A DNA stretch of 64,000 nt, from NCBI RefSeq assembly GCF_009914755.1, contig NC_060931.1. One strand, written 5' to 3'. The translations under genes and the position numbers were made by a program. This DNA is from the human T2T-CHM13v2.0 reference genome, Homo sapiens. This document shows, piece by piece, positions 26,513 to 40,795 of this stretch; positions within the stretch are counted from its first letter, which is position 1; the number at the start of each line of letters is the position of its first letter. The notes below the pieces were generated by a model, which saw nothing but the letters and a program-made list of their open reading frames with translations, was not told where the DNA came from and did no database searches.

Positions 26513-29500
26513 TAGCTCCACGATGCTGTAAGAAACCCTGGGCAGGGCTGGAGAGTGGCCAGGAGAAGAGGGCTGAAGGGGATGCCTGGCTGCCTGCTGC
26601 CATCAGGGGCCCTTTGGGATTCCCTGAGTGGGCCTGGACATGTGGAATTAAGCACAGACCCCTCACTGCCAAAGAAGGGTAGGGATGCTAGAGTCCTCAG
26701 TTTGTACCAAGGAGGGAGGGTGTCTGCCTCTGCGTGGGCAGTGGAGGGTGAAGGGGCTGGGGTGGCAAGGGCTGGGAATAAGTGTCAGGCCTGGGACAGG
26801 GAGGACATAGGAAAGGCAGGTGTGATGGGGCATGTGGGGGCTGTGCTCCACCCGCTCCACCTTTAGTTTCAGGGCTGTGTAAGACAGGAAGATCTCATGG
26901 AGTAGCAAAGCCTGGGCCCTGCCAATGGTTGCAGAGTGCAGGGGTGGCCGGCAGAGGGAGTAACTGGGAAAGGCCAGTTCCCCAAGGAAATGCCAGAAAC
27001 TTTCCTGCCCCATTCAGAAAGTGACTGTGAGGCGGGTGCTTCCAGCCAGAGGGGCTCAGGCCCTGCTGAGCTGACAGCGTTTTCTTTCCCAGACATTCTC
27101 TGCTGCTTCTATATGTGATCTGTTTTAATGCTCACTGAAATCACAAGTATTTATTATTTTGACTGTTTTTGTATCTGAGGGAAGGCAGCTGTCCCTGGTC
27201 TCATATTTAATAACTGGCTGTCGTGTGCTCTCCAACACCTCTCCACCCTCCCTACTCAGTACATCTGTCCCGTCATCTGGCTTCCTCTCTCCAGGTCCCA
27301 TTAGCAGGAGGGGAAGGTCATGCCTCCTATGTGACCATTAGAACCTCTTCCTTGACAAGTCCAAGAAACACGTGACTTCCGGGCCAAGCATATCCATTCA
27401 TTCTTCATTGCAGCCAAAAGAAAGATGAAATTTTCTACCCTGTAGACTTTCTGTCACTAATGCAATGTACCTTGAGGAAAAGTAACATGAATAACTGTTA
27501 TTCATTAGTTAATTTCTTTTATATCCTTTATTCAATAAAGTCTTTGAGGCCCTTTCTTTGTATATTTTATGACATAAAATAAAAAATGGGAAAAATTGTT
27601 TAATAACAAATATTTCTTACTTTTTAGAGTATTAAGGCTTAAATTTATTTTGTTTTATTTTAGTTTTATATTCAAAGTACTTTACTCAGTTTCTGAATTA
27701 CAAAAATTTCCCTTTCTTTCTCTGTCTCTCTTTAGCTACCTCCCTCATTTTTTTTGCCAGCATTTTAATTTAATGTGGTAGGAACATGTAACATGAGATC
27801 TGTATTTTAAATAGATTTTTAAGTGTACAATACAGTATTGTAATCTACAGGTACAAGGTTGTACAGAAGCTCTCTAGCTCTTACTTATCTTGCTGAACTG
27901 AAATTTTATACCTGCTGACAGCAACTCCCCATTTTCTCCATTCCCAGCCCATGGATATCACCATTTTTATCTTTGCTTTCATGAGTTTGGCTTTTAGGTA
28001 GCCTGCTATAAGCAGAATCAGGGAGTATTTGTCTTTCTGTGCCAGGCTTAGTCACTTATCACAGTGTCCTGCAGCTTTATCCATGTTGTCACGAGTGACG
28101 GGGTTTTCTTCTTTTTAATGCTTAATAATATTCCATTGTATGAATATACCACATTTATGGACTTTGACTGTTTCTATGAAACTGTCTGTCACATAAGTGG
28201 GAGAGTCATTTGCAGAACTGAAAGCTTGGATTACATGAATGGGCATTCACATTTCAATTCTACTCCATGGGCAAGACGGAGAATAAAATAATGATTCCAT
28301 CATTTACTCTTACTTTGCTATACACAAAATAGAAGTCCTGCTTTTGGGAAGTTTCAGTTATTTAGAAATTCGACTGTCAGAAGAAAACCCTAAGACACAA
28401 ATGCTTTTCTCATTGTACACGTGAGAGAATTGGCTCATTGGTTAAATAACCTGACCAAATTAAATAGCTATTAGGATGCAGTACTGATCCTCCAACCCTG
28501 CCCAGTCTAAGTTCCATGTTTATAGCTCTATGCTATAAAATATTTCATAAAGCTGCCAACCTAGAAAACATTGGAAAGTTTTCCCCTACATCCCCTTTAG
28601 GCCTGCTGGCTCTAATAGCATCATAGTCAGAGATCAGTTTACCCTGGAGATGGTGGAGTAGGGAAAGAAGTCTGAAGAGGCACCATGACTCCCCGCCCTG
28701 ACTCCCACTCTAACACCAGCTCATCAAGACCTGAGGCCAGTTCTTAACGGGTTAACTTAAGTTTTTCAGTTTTTTTTTACCTATAAAATGAGACTACTAC
28801 TGTCCATCAGCAGAGTTCTAGATAACCTTTAATGGCATAAAATATCTAGCATATAGTAGAAGCCTAGCTATTTTGATTTCCTTTGCTGATCTCAGACAAC
28901 CTCGTCCACCACACCAATGTGCAAAGACAGATATGGACACATTCTGCCAAGAAATCTTAGGTTGAGGACTCAGAAGTCACAGAAATGGAAATATATATGC
29001 CTGATAATTCATCTGATAAAATTAACTAGAGGATGTAGCATACATATCTCCTCAGGCATTTAAAAATCAACATTATTGATCTTTAAAGTATATGAAGTTA
29101 ACAGGACACCTTTTAAATGAACATATCTGTGATTTTTGAGCAACATATATCTATATATGCAACCCCACCTCTATGAAGATGTATCTGCATCACCCAGAAA
29201 GTCCCTCACTCCCCTCTGCAATGCCTCTGTCTGTCCCAGCAACCAATGATGTGACTTCTATCACTGGAGAGTCGTTTTGTTGGCAAATATTTTTAATGCA
29301 AATGTCAAACCTCTTCTGAATAATCCTCTTGAATACATAGCTAAATCATCAAGGCAGGGAGGAGTTCCTGGAGGTTTTATGGTTTTAGAAGTGGTTGAAG
29401 CTAGGTGAGCTACCTGACCCATGGTAGGGACAATTCTATCTGGAGATGGATATTGTGCCGAAATAACCTCAAAAGGTCTTTTCGGATGGTAGAAGCTGAT

Positions 29501-29811
29501 TCTACAAAATTTATTCATTTTCATTCGTTTATTTTCTCGTCAATTCATTCAATCAAATAATTTTATGTTACGTTTTGACAAAAGTTAATCATCTTTAAGG
29601 AAATTATTTTGAGTTCCCATCAGACACACATGCAGCTGGGCTTTGTGTTCACACAGTGAGCATGCTGGGGTCAAGCAAACCATGATCACAGTGACTTCAT
29701 TGACAGATGATGTCTTATTGGGAGAAGGGTTCTCTTTGACTTGACCCCATGTGTCCAACCCATAAAACCTGAGCCTTAGGCTAAAATCCATCTTCCTTTT
29801 CTCACCCTGCC

Positions 29812-30082
29812 CTGGGCACCAGGCCACTGTGCTGTGTGTTTCTCTGTCTCCTGAAGCAGAGTCCTGGGCGCAGATTTGGAACCTATTCGTGGGCTTGTTT
29901 GATCCCAGCTGTGACTTTCAGTACCAGGGGGTCCTTTGCTGTGACTTGAATTTGTGTTTTCTTTACTCTTAAGTTCCACAGATGCTGAGTGACCCAGACC
30001 CTGGTCATGCTCTTGTGCTGAAAGGAAACCAGCACACGGGGAGGTGAGCAGTATATGAAACAAAATCATGTATTTACAACCA
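29812..30082 (+). pseudogene. degenerate TRBV relic, copy 4
   Basis: Duplicate of 8160-8430. Confidence 0.65.
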
Positions 30083-30281
30083 GTGGCAAGACTTACTGGC
30101 AGGTGCTTTGTTCAAACACTGTTAGGAATTTGAAGATCATGGCAGTAGAATGTGAAACCAAGTGCAGGGTCCTTCCAAATGCAGGCCTCTGTGCACCAAA
30201 GATAGACTTTTGGAGCTCATTTTTTTTAAACAAAAACGGAAACAACACTCTATGTTCATGGCTGTAGGCCATGCGAGAATA

Positions 30282-30787
30282 TTTTTTTAAATTTTAATTT
30301 AATTTTTATTTTTCCATATATTATTGGGGTACAGGTGGTATTTGGTTATATGAGTAAGTTTTTAGTGATGACTTGCAAGACTTTGGTGAACCCACCATCT
30401 GAGCAGTATACACTGCACCATATTTGTAGTCTTTTATCCCTCACCCCCTCCTGCTGTTTCCCCAACACTTCCCCAAAGTCCGTTGTATCATTCTTATGCC
30501 TTTGTGACCTCATAGCTTTGCTCCCAAATATCGGTGAGAACATGCTATGTTTGGTTTTACATTTCTGAGTTACTTCACTTAGAATAATAGTCTCCCATCT
30601 CATCCAGGTAGATCATTCCAAATGCTGTTTATTCATTCCTTTTTATGGCTGTGTAGTATTTCATCATACATATATGATATATATATGATATATATGATAT
30701 ATATGTGATATATATGATATATATATGATATATATATATCACAGTTTCTTTATCCACTCGTTGATTGATGGGCATTTGGGTTGGTTC
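30282..30787 (-). mobile_element. L1 3'-end fragment (duplicate)
   Basis: Copy of 8630-9135. Confidence 0.8.
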
Positions 30788-31351
30788 CTTTTTCTTTATC
30801 ACTAAATTAATGGCAGCAATAAATCCAGAACATTCCTCATTACCCTAAAGTCAGCCCTGTCTCCCAAACTCCCTTACACATCAGGATACCTTTGTGCCCA
30901 TAGATCATGGGCAGTGCTTGGCAGCCACCACTGTCCACACAGAGAGGGTAGTCAGTAGCGTGAGGTGGTTCTGCCTGCTGGGATCTCACCCCAGGCACAG
31001 AAAGAAGGAGCCCTGGGTGGAGCTGAAAGTGCTCATCTGGGTTTGTCAGGAGTCCCATCTGTCAGTGAATTCACAAGAAACAGAACAAAACAACTCCTTC
31101 AATGTTGATGAGACTGCCCCTGGGATTTGGAAAGCTAATAACAGAGAAAACCAATATAGACAAAGGATTTTAAACAGGACTATCGGATTATGATCAATTA
31201 AGCAAATTAGAAAAGGATACTTGAAGGAGTATTTGGGACACAGGAATCAAAAACACCAGGAAGACATGAGGAGTTTTTCCAAGATTGTAGACTATAGCAA
31301 TACTTAGATAACCAATACCAGTGTATTAATGAGTAATTATTAGTATTATTA

Positions 31352-31637
31352 TTTTGAGATGGAGTCGCACTCTGTCATCAAGGCTGGAATGCAGTGGCAT
31401 GATCTCGGCTTACTGCAACCTCCGCCTCCCTGGTTCAAGAATTCTGGTGCCTCCGTCTCCCGAGTAGCTGGGACTATAGGTGCACGTCAGGATGCCTGGA
31501 TAATTTCTATATTTTTAGTACAGATGGGATTTCACCATGTTGGTCAGGCTGGTCTCCAACTCCTGGCCTGAAGTGATCTGCTCTCTTCAGCCTCCCAAAG
31601 GGCTAGGATTACAGGCATGGGCCACTATGCACAGCCA
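31352..31637 (-). mobile_element. Alu (duplicate)
   Basis: Copy of 9700-9985. Confidence 0.93.
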
Positions 31638-31875
31638 AGTAATTTGTATCATCATGGGAATAAAAAATATACATTGAGTTACAAACTAATTACCAAAAGA
31701 TATTTAAAAAATGGTAGACTTGCATCGATTCAGACAAAGGCATTCTTCCCATCCAAACTGTTCACTGGTGCATTGATCTTGAATTTGACCATCTGGGGAA
31801 GGGGCGTGGCCTCTCCTGACAGCAAGGCTCTGGGGCCCAGGCAGGGAGAATGAGGTCTCAGAATGACGCCCTTGA

Positions 31876-32691
<816 letters not shown>

Positions 32692-35463
32692 TGAAATAGG
32701 ATTTGTATTTCAGATCCATCTAGACTCCCGTCTCTACCTGGGTACCACGTGCTTTCCTCTCTCTATGATTTTTCCTCATGTTGAACCCTACGGTGGTCTC
32801 AGCTGCAGCCTGCATTTCCTATATTCACAGTCGCCCTCCAAGGCCTTGCTGGGTTTCTCCTCCCCGACCTCCCTGCCCTTCTCTACTCCAGCCATGTTGA
32901 GAGACTCCAAAGTCCATTTCCTGTGCCCTGGGCTGGAGCCTTCCTTTCTGTAGTGGTCAACACCTACCTGTGCTTCAGATCTCAGCATCATCAGCCCTAG
33001 TGATAATCACCATTATGCTTCCCTTGGCTCCCAGCTGAGGTCAGTTTCCCTCTCATAATCTCTCATGGTATCATGTGTCTGTTAATCAGTAGAATTTAGC
33101 ACAGTTGGAATCTTCCAAGTACTTTAAACCCCATGAAGGCCAAGGCTATGCCTGGGTTATAAATCAGCAGCTGAGCCTGGCACAAGGGGAGATGCATTTC
33201 AGAGAATGGATGAGTCAGTGATGGAGTGAGTGATGAGTGGATGGATGAATCCATAACAGGAGCACCCTAGATCCATTTTACCCTTGCGGAGATCTGGCTG
33301 TAAGTACAAGAACTCTTACCCTTTTGATTGCTGGGCTACGGGAGGTCCTTGAAATTAATGGGGAGTCGCTATCATGGGCGGCCCCACCTTGGTCAAAGAT
33401 TCCTCCTGAGTCTGCAGCACCAGACCTCCTCCAGGTCTCTGTGCTCTCCTTCAGACTCTTTCCCACAACAACTCTACACAGATCAGAGATCCCTTTCCAG
33501 AAACCCATGCATAGAGTTGTGTTATTTTGGAACCACTTCTGGTACCAAAAACTCCATTAGGTTTACATCAATAAAACAGAATCACTAAAAGTACTATGGA
33601 GAGGAGGATTTATGACAGGAGTTAGACCTTATATAAATGTAGGGGGAGCTGAGGAAGAGAAGGTCTGGAGGGGAGATATAGCTAGGCAGATTTAATTCAT
33701 GATTAATGTGACCGTGACCTCTTATTCTACTCAAAGGAGAGCATATGATTTCAACAAAAAAAATATTGATTTTCCTTTGTAAAAGTTTGATCCAAATAGT
33801 GAGCTATTTTTGTCCCATAATTGTCTTAAGTTGGCTAATGGTGGAACAAATCCGACTTTGATTTCCTTGAAAGAACAGGAAAAAAACCGTCATTCATATA
33901 CAGTCTTACAGGCTCTATTTCATGGAGGAAGCATAATAAATAGGAAAGAGAAAATCAGAATTCTCTTCTGGAACCTACATTGGGACTGTCCTCAGAGCAG
34001 GTTGTGATGTGAGGAATCAAATCTACAGGGGTATTTCGCAGCTTGGAGCGCAGCAGACTGTTCCCGACCCCATGCATTTGGGGGTGAGACCAGAGACAGT
34101 TGAAAAACTATGGAATCTTGACATTCTGCACTCTCAAGCCTGGCCTCTCCCTGAATTTCACAGATTAACATAAGACCAATTTATTCCGACTATTAAAAGT
34201 ATTAGAACAAAAACCAAGGAGGACCAGTGAGCAGAAGCAATAAACCATTAAAATGGACATCCTAAAGATTTAAAATTTTGCCATCATAAGATGTGAACGT
34301 TTGAAGAGCTACATTTAAATGAATACAAGAAGGGACTGAAACAAGAATACACACAAAAAAGAGACGGCCCGAAACCATCAAAAAACATTAAAGAAATAAT
34401 CAAATAGAATGTCTAGAAATCATTACGATTACTCCACAAAACAAAATGGAAGCTAAACAGCAGATTCAATGCTTCTAAAGAGATTGTTAGCAATATCAAA
34501 GGAGGATCTCAAGAAATCACCTAGAATGCAGCACAGAAAATTAAATGTAAAATATAAAAAAAGTGAAGGAACAAGGAAAAAATGAAGTTTCTAGAATATT
34601 AGAAAGCATATAATGTTTTATTGAAACTTTTCTTACTTTCTTGTATATAACTGACGTTTCAGAAAGAGAAAATAAGGCAAATGATCTGAGGTGATTGTGT
34701 ATGTGATGCTAGCTGAGAATGTTCCTGAGATGTTTGAGGACCGAAATCCTCGTTCAAGAATTCAGATGAATTGCAAGACAAGTAGGCAGGTCCCTGTGAA
34801 ACTGCAGACCACAAATGACAAAGAAAAGATTTTAACAGCAGTCAAAAGGGAAAGATAAATATCCTCCAGGGGAATAGAAAGAAAGAAATAGTCAAAGTCA
34901 AGAAAGAGGATTAAAAATAACTGTTAAATCAGAATTGAGATTGATAAAAAATACCTACAGGACAGGACAAGAAAATATGGAAAACCAAAATAATTCTGTG
35001 AGTTTGCCACCAAAGTATCTTTTCAGAGTTATAGTTAACAAGGGTGGGAAATGATCCCAGAAGAAATGTATGAGGGCAGTTTGTGAGGGAACCCATGTGA
35101 TGGGACAATCCCGTTGGGCACATGTGAGTGGGGGAATGGAGGAGGCTGGGGCATGAATGGGGATGGCAGAGGGGACCCTGACTTGGAGGAAAGACAATGA
35201 GCTCATCCCATGGTGCCTGGTGTTGGGGGCACTGTTGGCACATCCTACAGAACGTGTTCAGCAGACAGAGGAGCGGCTGTGGGATGAGAAGGTGAACTCG
35301 GAGATGCAGCGTGAGGCCTCCAAGTCCAGACAGCATGGGAGCCCAAAGCGATGTCCCATGCAATAACGTTGTTTACAAGGAGCTTATAAATATTTAAAGT
35401 AGTCACCCAAGTGTGGTCTAATATAAATCCTGTGTTCCTGAGGTCATGCAGATTGAGAGAGGA

Positions 35464-35473
35464 AGTGATGTCA
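35464..35473 (+). promoter_or_regulatory. TRBV promoter decamer
   Basis: AGTGATGTCA ~100 bp upstream of the ATG. Confidence 0.85.
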
Positions 35474-35573
35474 CTGTGGGAACTTCCGTGTAAGGACGGG
35501 GCGTCCCTCCTCCTCTGCTCCTGCTCACAGTGATCCTGATCTGGTAAAGCTCCCATCCTGCCCTGACCCTGCC

Positions 35574-35649
35574 ATGGGCACCAGGCTCCTCTTCTGGGTG
35601 GCCTTCTGTCTCCTGGGGGCAGGTGAGTCCTCAGACACCAACCATTCTC

Positions 35650-35704
<55 letters not shown>

Positions 35705-36074
35705 GGGTGGGCTGTGTGCATTCGTGTGATGACTAAAATTATTTTCCTCATTCTGTTCCCAACTTTGTCTCCACAGATCACACAGGAGCTGGAGTCTCCC
35801 AGTCCCCCAGTAACAAGGTCACAGAGAAGGGAAAGGATGTAGAGCTCAGGTGTGATCCAATTTCAGGTCATACTGCCCTTTACTGGTACCGACAGAGCCT
35901 GGGGCAGGGCCTGGAGTTTTTAATTTACTTCCAAGGCAACAGTGCACCAGACAAATCAGGGCTGCCCAGTGATCGCTTCTCTGCAGAGAGGACTGGGGGA
36001 TCCGTCTCCACTCTGACGATCCAGCGCACACAGCAGGAGGACTCGGCCGTGTATCTCTGTGCCAGCAGCTTAGC
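35574..36074 (+). CDS. TRBV7-2: TCR beta V segment; leader 35574-35622, V exon 35777-36074; functional (*01-like: RQSL, RTGGS)
   Basis: [16 protein letters not shown]; [35 protein letters not shown]…FQGNSA…YLCASSL (not in the ORF track). Confidence 0.96.
35652..35701. repeat. (TG)25 microsatellite in TRBV7-2 intron
   Basis: Directly visible. Confidence 0.95.
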
Positions 36075-36113
36075 CACAGCATGGCACAGTCGCCTCCTTC
36101 CTGCTCATAAACC
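36075..36113 (+). other. 23-RSS of TRBV7-2
   Basis: CACAGCA-23 bp-TCATAAACC. Confidence 0.9.
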
Positions 36114-36809
36114 TCATCCTTCTCTCTCCTTGCAGCTCCTAGACACCCTTAACAGAGGCTTCTCTTTGCTTCTCCCTCCCCATGGGAAACAAGTAGATTT
36201 GGACCTCAGCTTGTCCTTTGGGTAGAAAGAGACCACAGATTTACCCTTAAGACACAGTAACTGTAAATGTGGGTGGTGGAAGCAATCGTGGCCCACCGGG
36301 CTATTGGAGTCCTCAGAGCCAGCTCATTGCTCTAAGGCAAGCACTGGGTGTCTTAGCCTTGGCCTTCAGGGCTGGGACACACAGTCTTCTTTGGGGCCTG
36401 GGAGGTTGCTGCCCACATAGAGAAGCTTCGGGCATGGCTGAGGAACAGGTGTCTTCCCCTACATGTGTTGGGGCATCTGCAAGGTCTGAAGCTTCATCCA
36501 CAAGAACATTCTTTCTTCTGAAGCCTCTTCTGTTACATTGGAAGTTTTCTGCAATACAAGAGCAAACCATTCTTCCTGTTTGATTTAAAAGTCTTTGTGG
36601 CTTTTGTGGCCATTACTTGGTGAATACAGCCAAGATAACAATAAGACTTCGTTTCTTCTGCCTAGTGTAAGCAATGCGAGTTCTTTATTTTGTTTTCATT
36701 TACCACTGCTCCTGTCCTGAGAGACTGAAGCATGCGTCCACTACTGCTCCAGTGTCAACTTGGTTCCCTAGGAAATCGGGTTTCTAGAACCTGAATGCTG
36801 ACAAATAAG

Positions 36810-37100
36810 AGTTGTGTACATGTATACCATGCAACCTGCGTTTAAAAATGTATGTACATGGTGAAGTGACTAAATCTAGCTAATTAACATATGCAGTACC
36901 TCAATCCTTATCCTTTCCTGTGGTGAGAATACTTGAAATGTACTCTGTTAGCAATATTCCAGAATACAATCCACTGTTACTAACTTTAGTCACTGTGTTG
37001 TACAATAGATCTTTTGAACTTCTTCCTCCTATTTGAGTGAAATTTTGTATCCTTTAACCAACATCTCCCCAGCACCCCATCTCCATCCCAACCTCTGGTA
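36810..37100 (-). mobile_element. L1M 3'-end fragment
   Basis: CTAATTAACATATGC…GTGGTGAGAATACTTGAAAT…TACAATAGATCT motifs. Confidence 0.65.
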
Positions 37101-38231
37101 ATTGCTGCTCTAGTCTTTTGATTTGAAATAATTTCCCTGAGGTCTTTAACTTGAGAAGATGGAGTTTTAAAAACAATAATGCTTATATTACTTTTGTTTT
37201 GTTTGTTATTTTACATATTGCAATATAGTGTTTGTTGCAAATATAAATGAGTATACTGTAATAAAAATTCTTCACCTCTCTTTGAGTGAAGCTACATTTC
37301 ACATATATGAAATTTCAAGCTGTGGTCAGAGCTGACATGATTATGGATCATGGGTTTCTGGGAGTCCTCAGAGACAGCCCTATACACAAAGGTTAAGATA
37401 GATTATCCCAGACCCAGCCAGGACAGAGGTGCCCTGAGTCCTGCAGAGCTGGTTGGGGAATTATAGTTCCCTAAATTCACTTATCAGAAATTGTGGTAGC
37501 TCAGATACCAAATTTCTTTCTCTAGCAAATGATGATCGTTGGCAGGGATTGTTCTGAATCCATTCTAATTGTTCTATCAACAGATCATTCCTTTTTTAGT
37601 TGCCCTGTGTGTCCTGGGAGTGAATAAGTCCCAGGCACAGATGGGAATTTCCTGACCTTAGGATGCTGTTCCAAGGACTTCCTTGCTAGACCCTGTCTCC
37701 AGCTTTTCCCACCTTTATCCTCATGACCCCTAAGACAAATGGTCCTAATAATGGACCAGCTCTGAAACTTAAGATTGAACAGAACACAAACCACAACTGT
37801 AAACACTGATGCTGAAAGAAGTGGTAAAAAAAGGTGAGCAGGGTTTCCCACCTGCACTGAGAGTTAACATACAAGGACAGCAAAGGGAAGGTTTTATTAA
37901 TAAGCAAACAAGAAGCAATAAAGGCCCTGCTCCAAATGAATGTAACTAATCTCTTTGAGTTAAAAAAGGAGCACGTCAATAAAAGTATTTCAAATCAAAG
38001 TCTAGAAGTTTCCAAACCAGCCAGCACAACCCTGAGAGCTCTGTGCTCTCAGCAACTTCAGAGAACTCATCAATCCTTTCTGGGCTCAAACTTCCCTTTG
38101 TCCACTCGAAGACCCAGGGTCACACTCTCATCCTATTACAAAAACAATGGGCTTTGCTATCGTTGCTGATGCCTCATTTCTAGGAGTTGAGTATTAAGCA
38201 CTGAAGAGCTTTGAAAGTTGGGCTTCTGAGT

Positions 38232-38426
38232 CAATTGATGTGCTGGAGCCAACTTTTCTGACTCACGAGAGACAAATAGGCACACTCTTCCCAGCTCCCC
38301 ATTCAGTGAAGCCATGTTGACAGCTTGAAATCCACCATAGTGCCTGTGTTGATACAACAGAAATTGGTAAGTACTACTAGGCATGTGCCCACCTCCACAG
38401 ACACTCAGTGTACCAGCACATCACTG
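38232..38426. mobile_element. short hAT-type DNA transposon (MER63-like)
   Basis: Terminal inverted repeats TGATGTGCTGG…CCAGCACATCACTG, ~195 bp. Confidence 0.5.
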
Positions 38427-38442
38427 GAATGTTTTCTGAGAC

Positions 38443-38905
38443 AGTGATGTCCCTGTTATGTCGTCATGTCTTGTGGGGCCAAAAGGACTCCGAATTCACC
38501 TCCTCTCTGTTCTTGCTTTTAGAAACCATAATCTAAAATAACCTCACCTGACACTATTTCTATTCAATCTCCAAATTCCCTCACTTTGTGGGTCTGTGTC
38601 TCCTGTAAGCATGTCAGTCCACAACTTGACAACTATTTTGAATGTAGCTAAAGGATACAGTGAACCAGTTTATTATTTTCAAATTATCCTTCCTTGCATG
38701 GAATATGTAGATGCTGCAGTCATTGGGAACAGAGATGGGGCAAGCAGCAGCTCTGGGCCGTGAACCACTTTAGAGTCAGACAATTCTTCAGTGGCACAGA
38801 CACACCCTTGGGCATGGACTAATTTGCTTTGGAAACTAAGCAGTTCCACACCAGTCACCAATGACCTTGGATCTATTTCCAGCTGAGAGGTCAAAAAGAT
38901 CACAC
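38443..38905 (+). pseudogene. degenerate TRBV7/11/12-like relic (decamer, leader, intron, FR1-FR3)
   Basis: AGTGATGTCC; GTG GGT CTG TGT CTC CTG TAA GCA T|GTCAGT; frame from 38729 reads TEMGQAAALGREPL*SQTILQWHRHTLGHGLICFGN*AVPHQSPMTLDLFPAERSKRS. Confidence 0.75.
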
Positions 38906-39964
38906 TACCTAAATGTCCTCCTCTCCAATATATAGTACAGCCCCCGTCCATCTCAGTCCCTGGAGGTCATCCAGAGCTCCCAGAGAATCTCTGCTCTGGG
39001 GCAGAATCACCACGTCTCCTCCTCGCCAGCTCCCCACAGGCTCCAGCAAGGCTTTCCTGCCAGGTGCAGGGCATGGGTGTGGCTCTGCTGTCTCTCAGGT
39101 AGAGGGAGGCCATACGATGATGTTTGTATAAGAAGGATTGGGTTTCAGAGGTTCCTCTCAAATACTTGACATAATTTTATTTGCTTTTTGTTTCACTCTA
39201 CAATGTCACCATTTAGGAGAGCAATTATTTTGGTTGCATTATTTATGGAACTTTGAAAGATTTTTGTGGTTAAATTAATTTAAGAAATCATTCCCATTGT
39301 GCATCTTTTCTGTTCAGATATAATCTGAGGCAGTGAAAGAAACAGCAATGATTCTGAAAGCAGTCACTTACATGCCCTCTGATAAAGGCATTGTTCAAGG
39401 TTCATTACTCACACCTAACTTTCAGTCTACTGGAAATGAAAGGCACAGAGTTGGGGGCCTGTGATCAAGCCACAAGAGAGGACTATACCAGCTACTCTGG
39501 GACTTCAGGGCACGAAGAGATGACCTCCCCTTTAGACTCTGCTCAACGACGAAGGAATGAGTTGGTCCATGGGAACCTGAGGAGCAGAAATTCCGGGAGC
39601 CTTTAACTGGGACGGAGCAAGGACTGTAGAGCAAGTCATTGGAAAGGGAAATGGTTCATCTGGTCTGTCACAGAAGATAGTGGATAGAAAGGTCATATAA
39701 TCCCCAGTTCCCTGGCTGATTTGCTTCCTTATGATACTATTTTGCAGCAGCGTACCGTCATCTCACACCACTCCTCTACCTCTTCCAGAATCATCTCCTC
39801 CCTCTCTGCTGCTCAGATCAGCACATGTGCATTGCACAAGCTATTCTTTTACTGTAGCAGACCTTTTGCTGGTCTTAATTATATCCATCCTTATTTTCCC
39901 ATTAGATACTGCTCCCTCCATGATTGCTTATTGCCTTGCAAGGGATCCTTTACCCCCCGCCCCC

Positions 39965-40254
39965 AGACAGAGTCTCACTCTGTCGCCCAGGCTGGAGTGC
40001 AGTGGCGCAATCTCGGCTCACTACAAGCTCTGCCTTCCGGGTTCACGCCATTCTCCTGCCTCAGCCTCCCGAGTAGCGAGTAGCTGGGACTACAGGCGCC
40101 CGCCACCACGCCCGGATGATTTTCTGTATTTTTTAGTATAGAGACGGGGTTTCACCGTGTTAGCCAGGATGGTCTCTATCTCCTGACCTCGTGATCCGCC
40201 CGCCTTGGCCTCCCAAAGTGCTGGGATTGCAGGCAGAAGCCACTACGCCTGACC
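39965..40254 (-). mobile_element. AluY-like element lacking a poly(A) tail
   Basis: CpG-rich AluY diagnostics; TSD AAGGGATCCT at 39940 and 40255. Confidence 0.9.
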
Positions 40255-40776
40255 AAGGGATCCTATTTTTTATATCCCAGTTTTACTTTTTATTAACACA
40301 TATCTGACCCCATCTTGAAGGTAATCACATTATCTGCCTAGACTTTTGCTAATCTTTATTTTTATGGTACCATTGTCATTTGGGGGGACATATTTGTTTA
40401 TCTTTGGTAATGGAAATGAAATTACGTTACACTTCACTTTCTGTGTTTTCTTCCTACTTTAGGGTAAATATTATTTCCTTCTATTCTTCCTATTCTATTC
40501 CTCTCTCTTTAGATAGTTTTAAGGGAGAAAATGTCAGTGAGACTGTAACTGCAGCTATGGGGTAAGAATTATTTAGAATGAGGGTGGGATATTAAGCTTG
40601 ATAACTCAAAGGAACAGTCAGGGTTAAAACTAATGTTGGGATCGGGGTTCAGAGAAGTTGCTTGTAAAACCTGCAGGATGGCACTTCTGGAATAGTCTCC
40701 CGGCTCCCTCTGCAGACACTTCCCAGCATCCCTTGGGCCATTTCCCTTGCAAAAGCAATGATGAAATTTCACTTAT

Positions 40777-40795
40777 TGGCCACAAGATGGCACTG
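40777..40795 (+). promoter_or_regulatory. candidate CTCF site
   Basis: TGGCCACAAGATGGCACTG. Confidence 0.55.

Noticed and set aside
26300-27130. G-rich module repeated at 1-480 and 58600-59400 as a possible gene
   Set aside because: ORFs are not conserved between copies; explained as duplicated intergenic sequence
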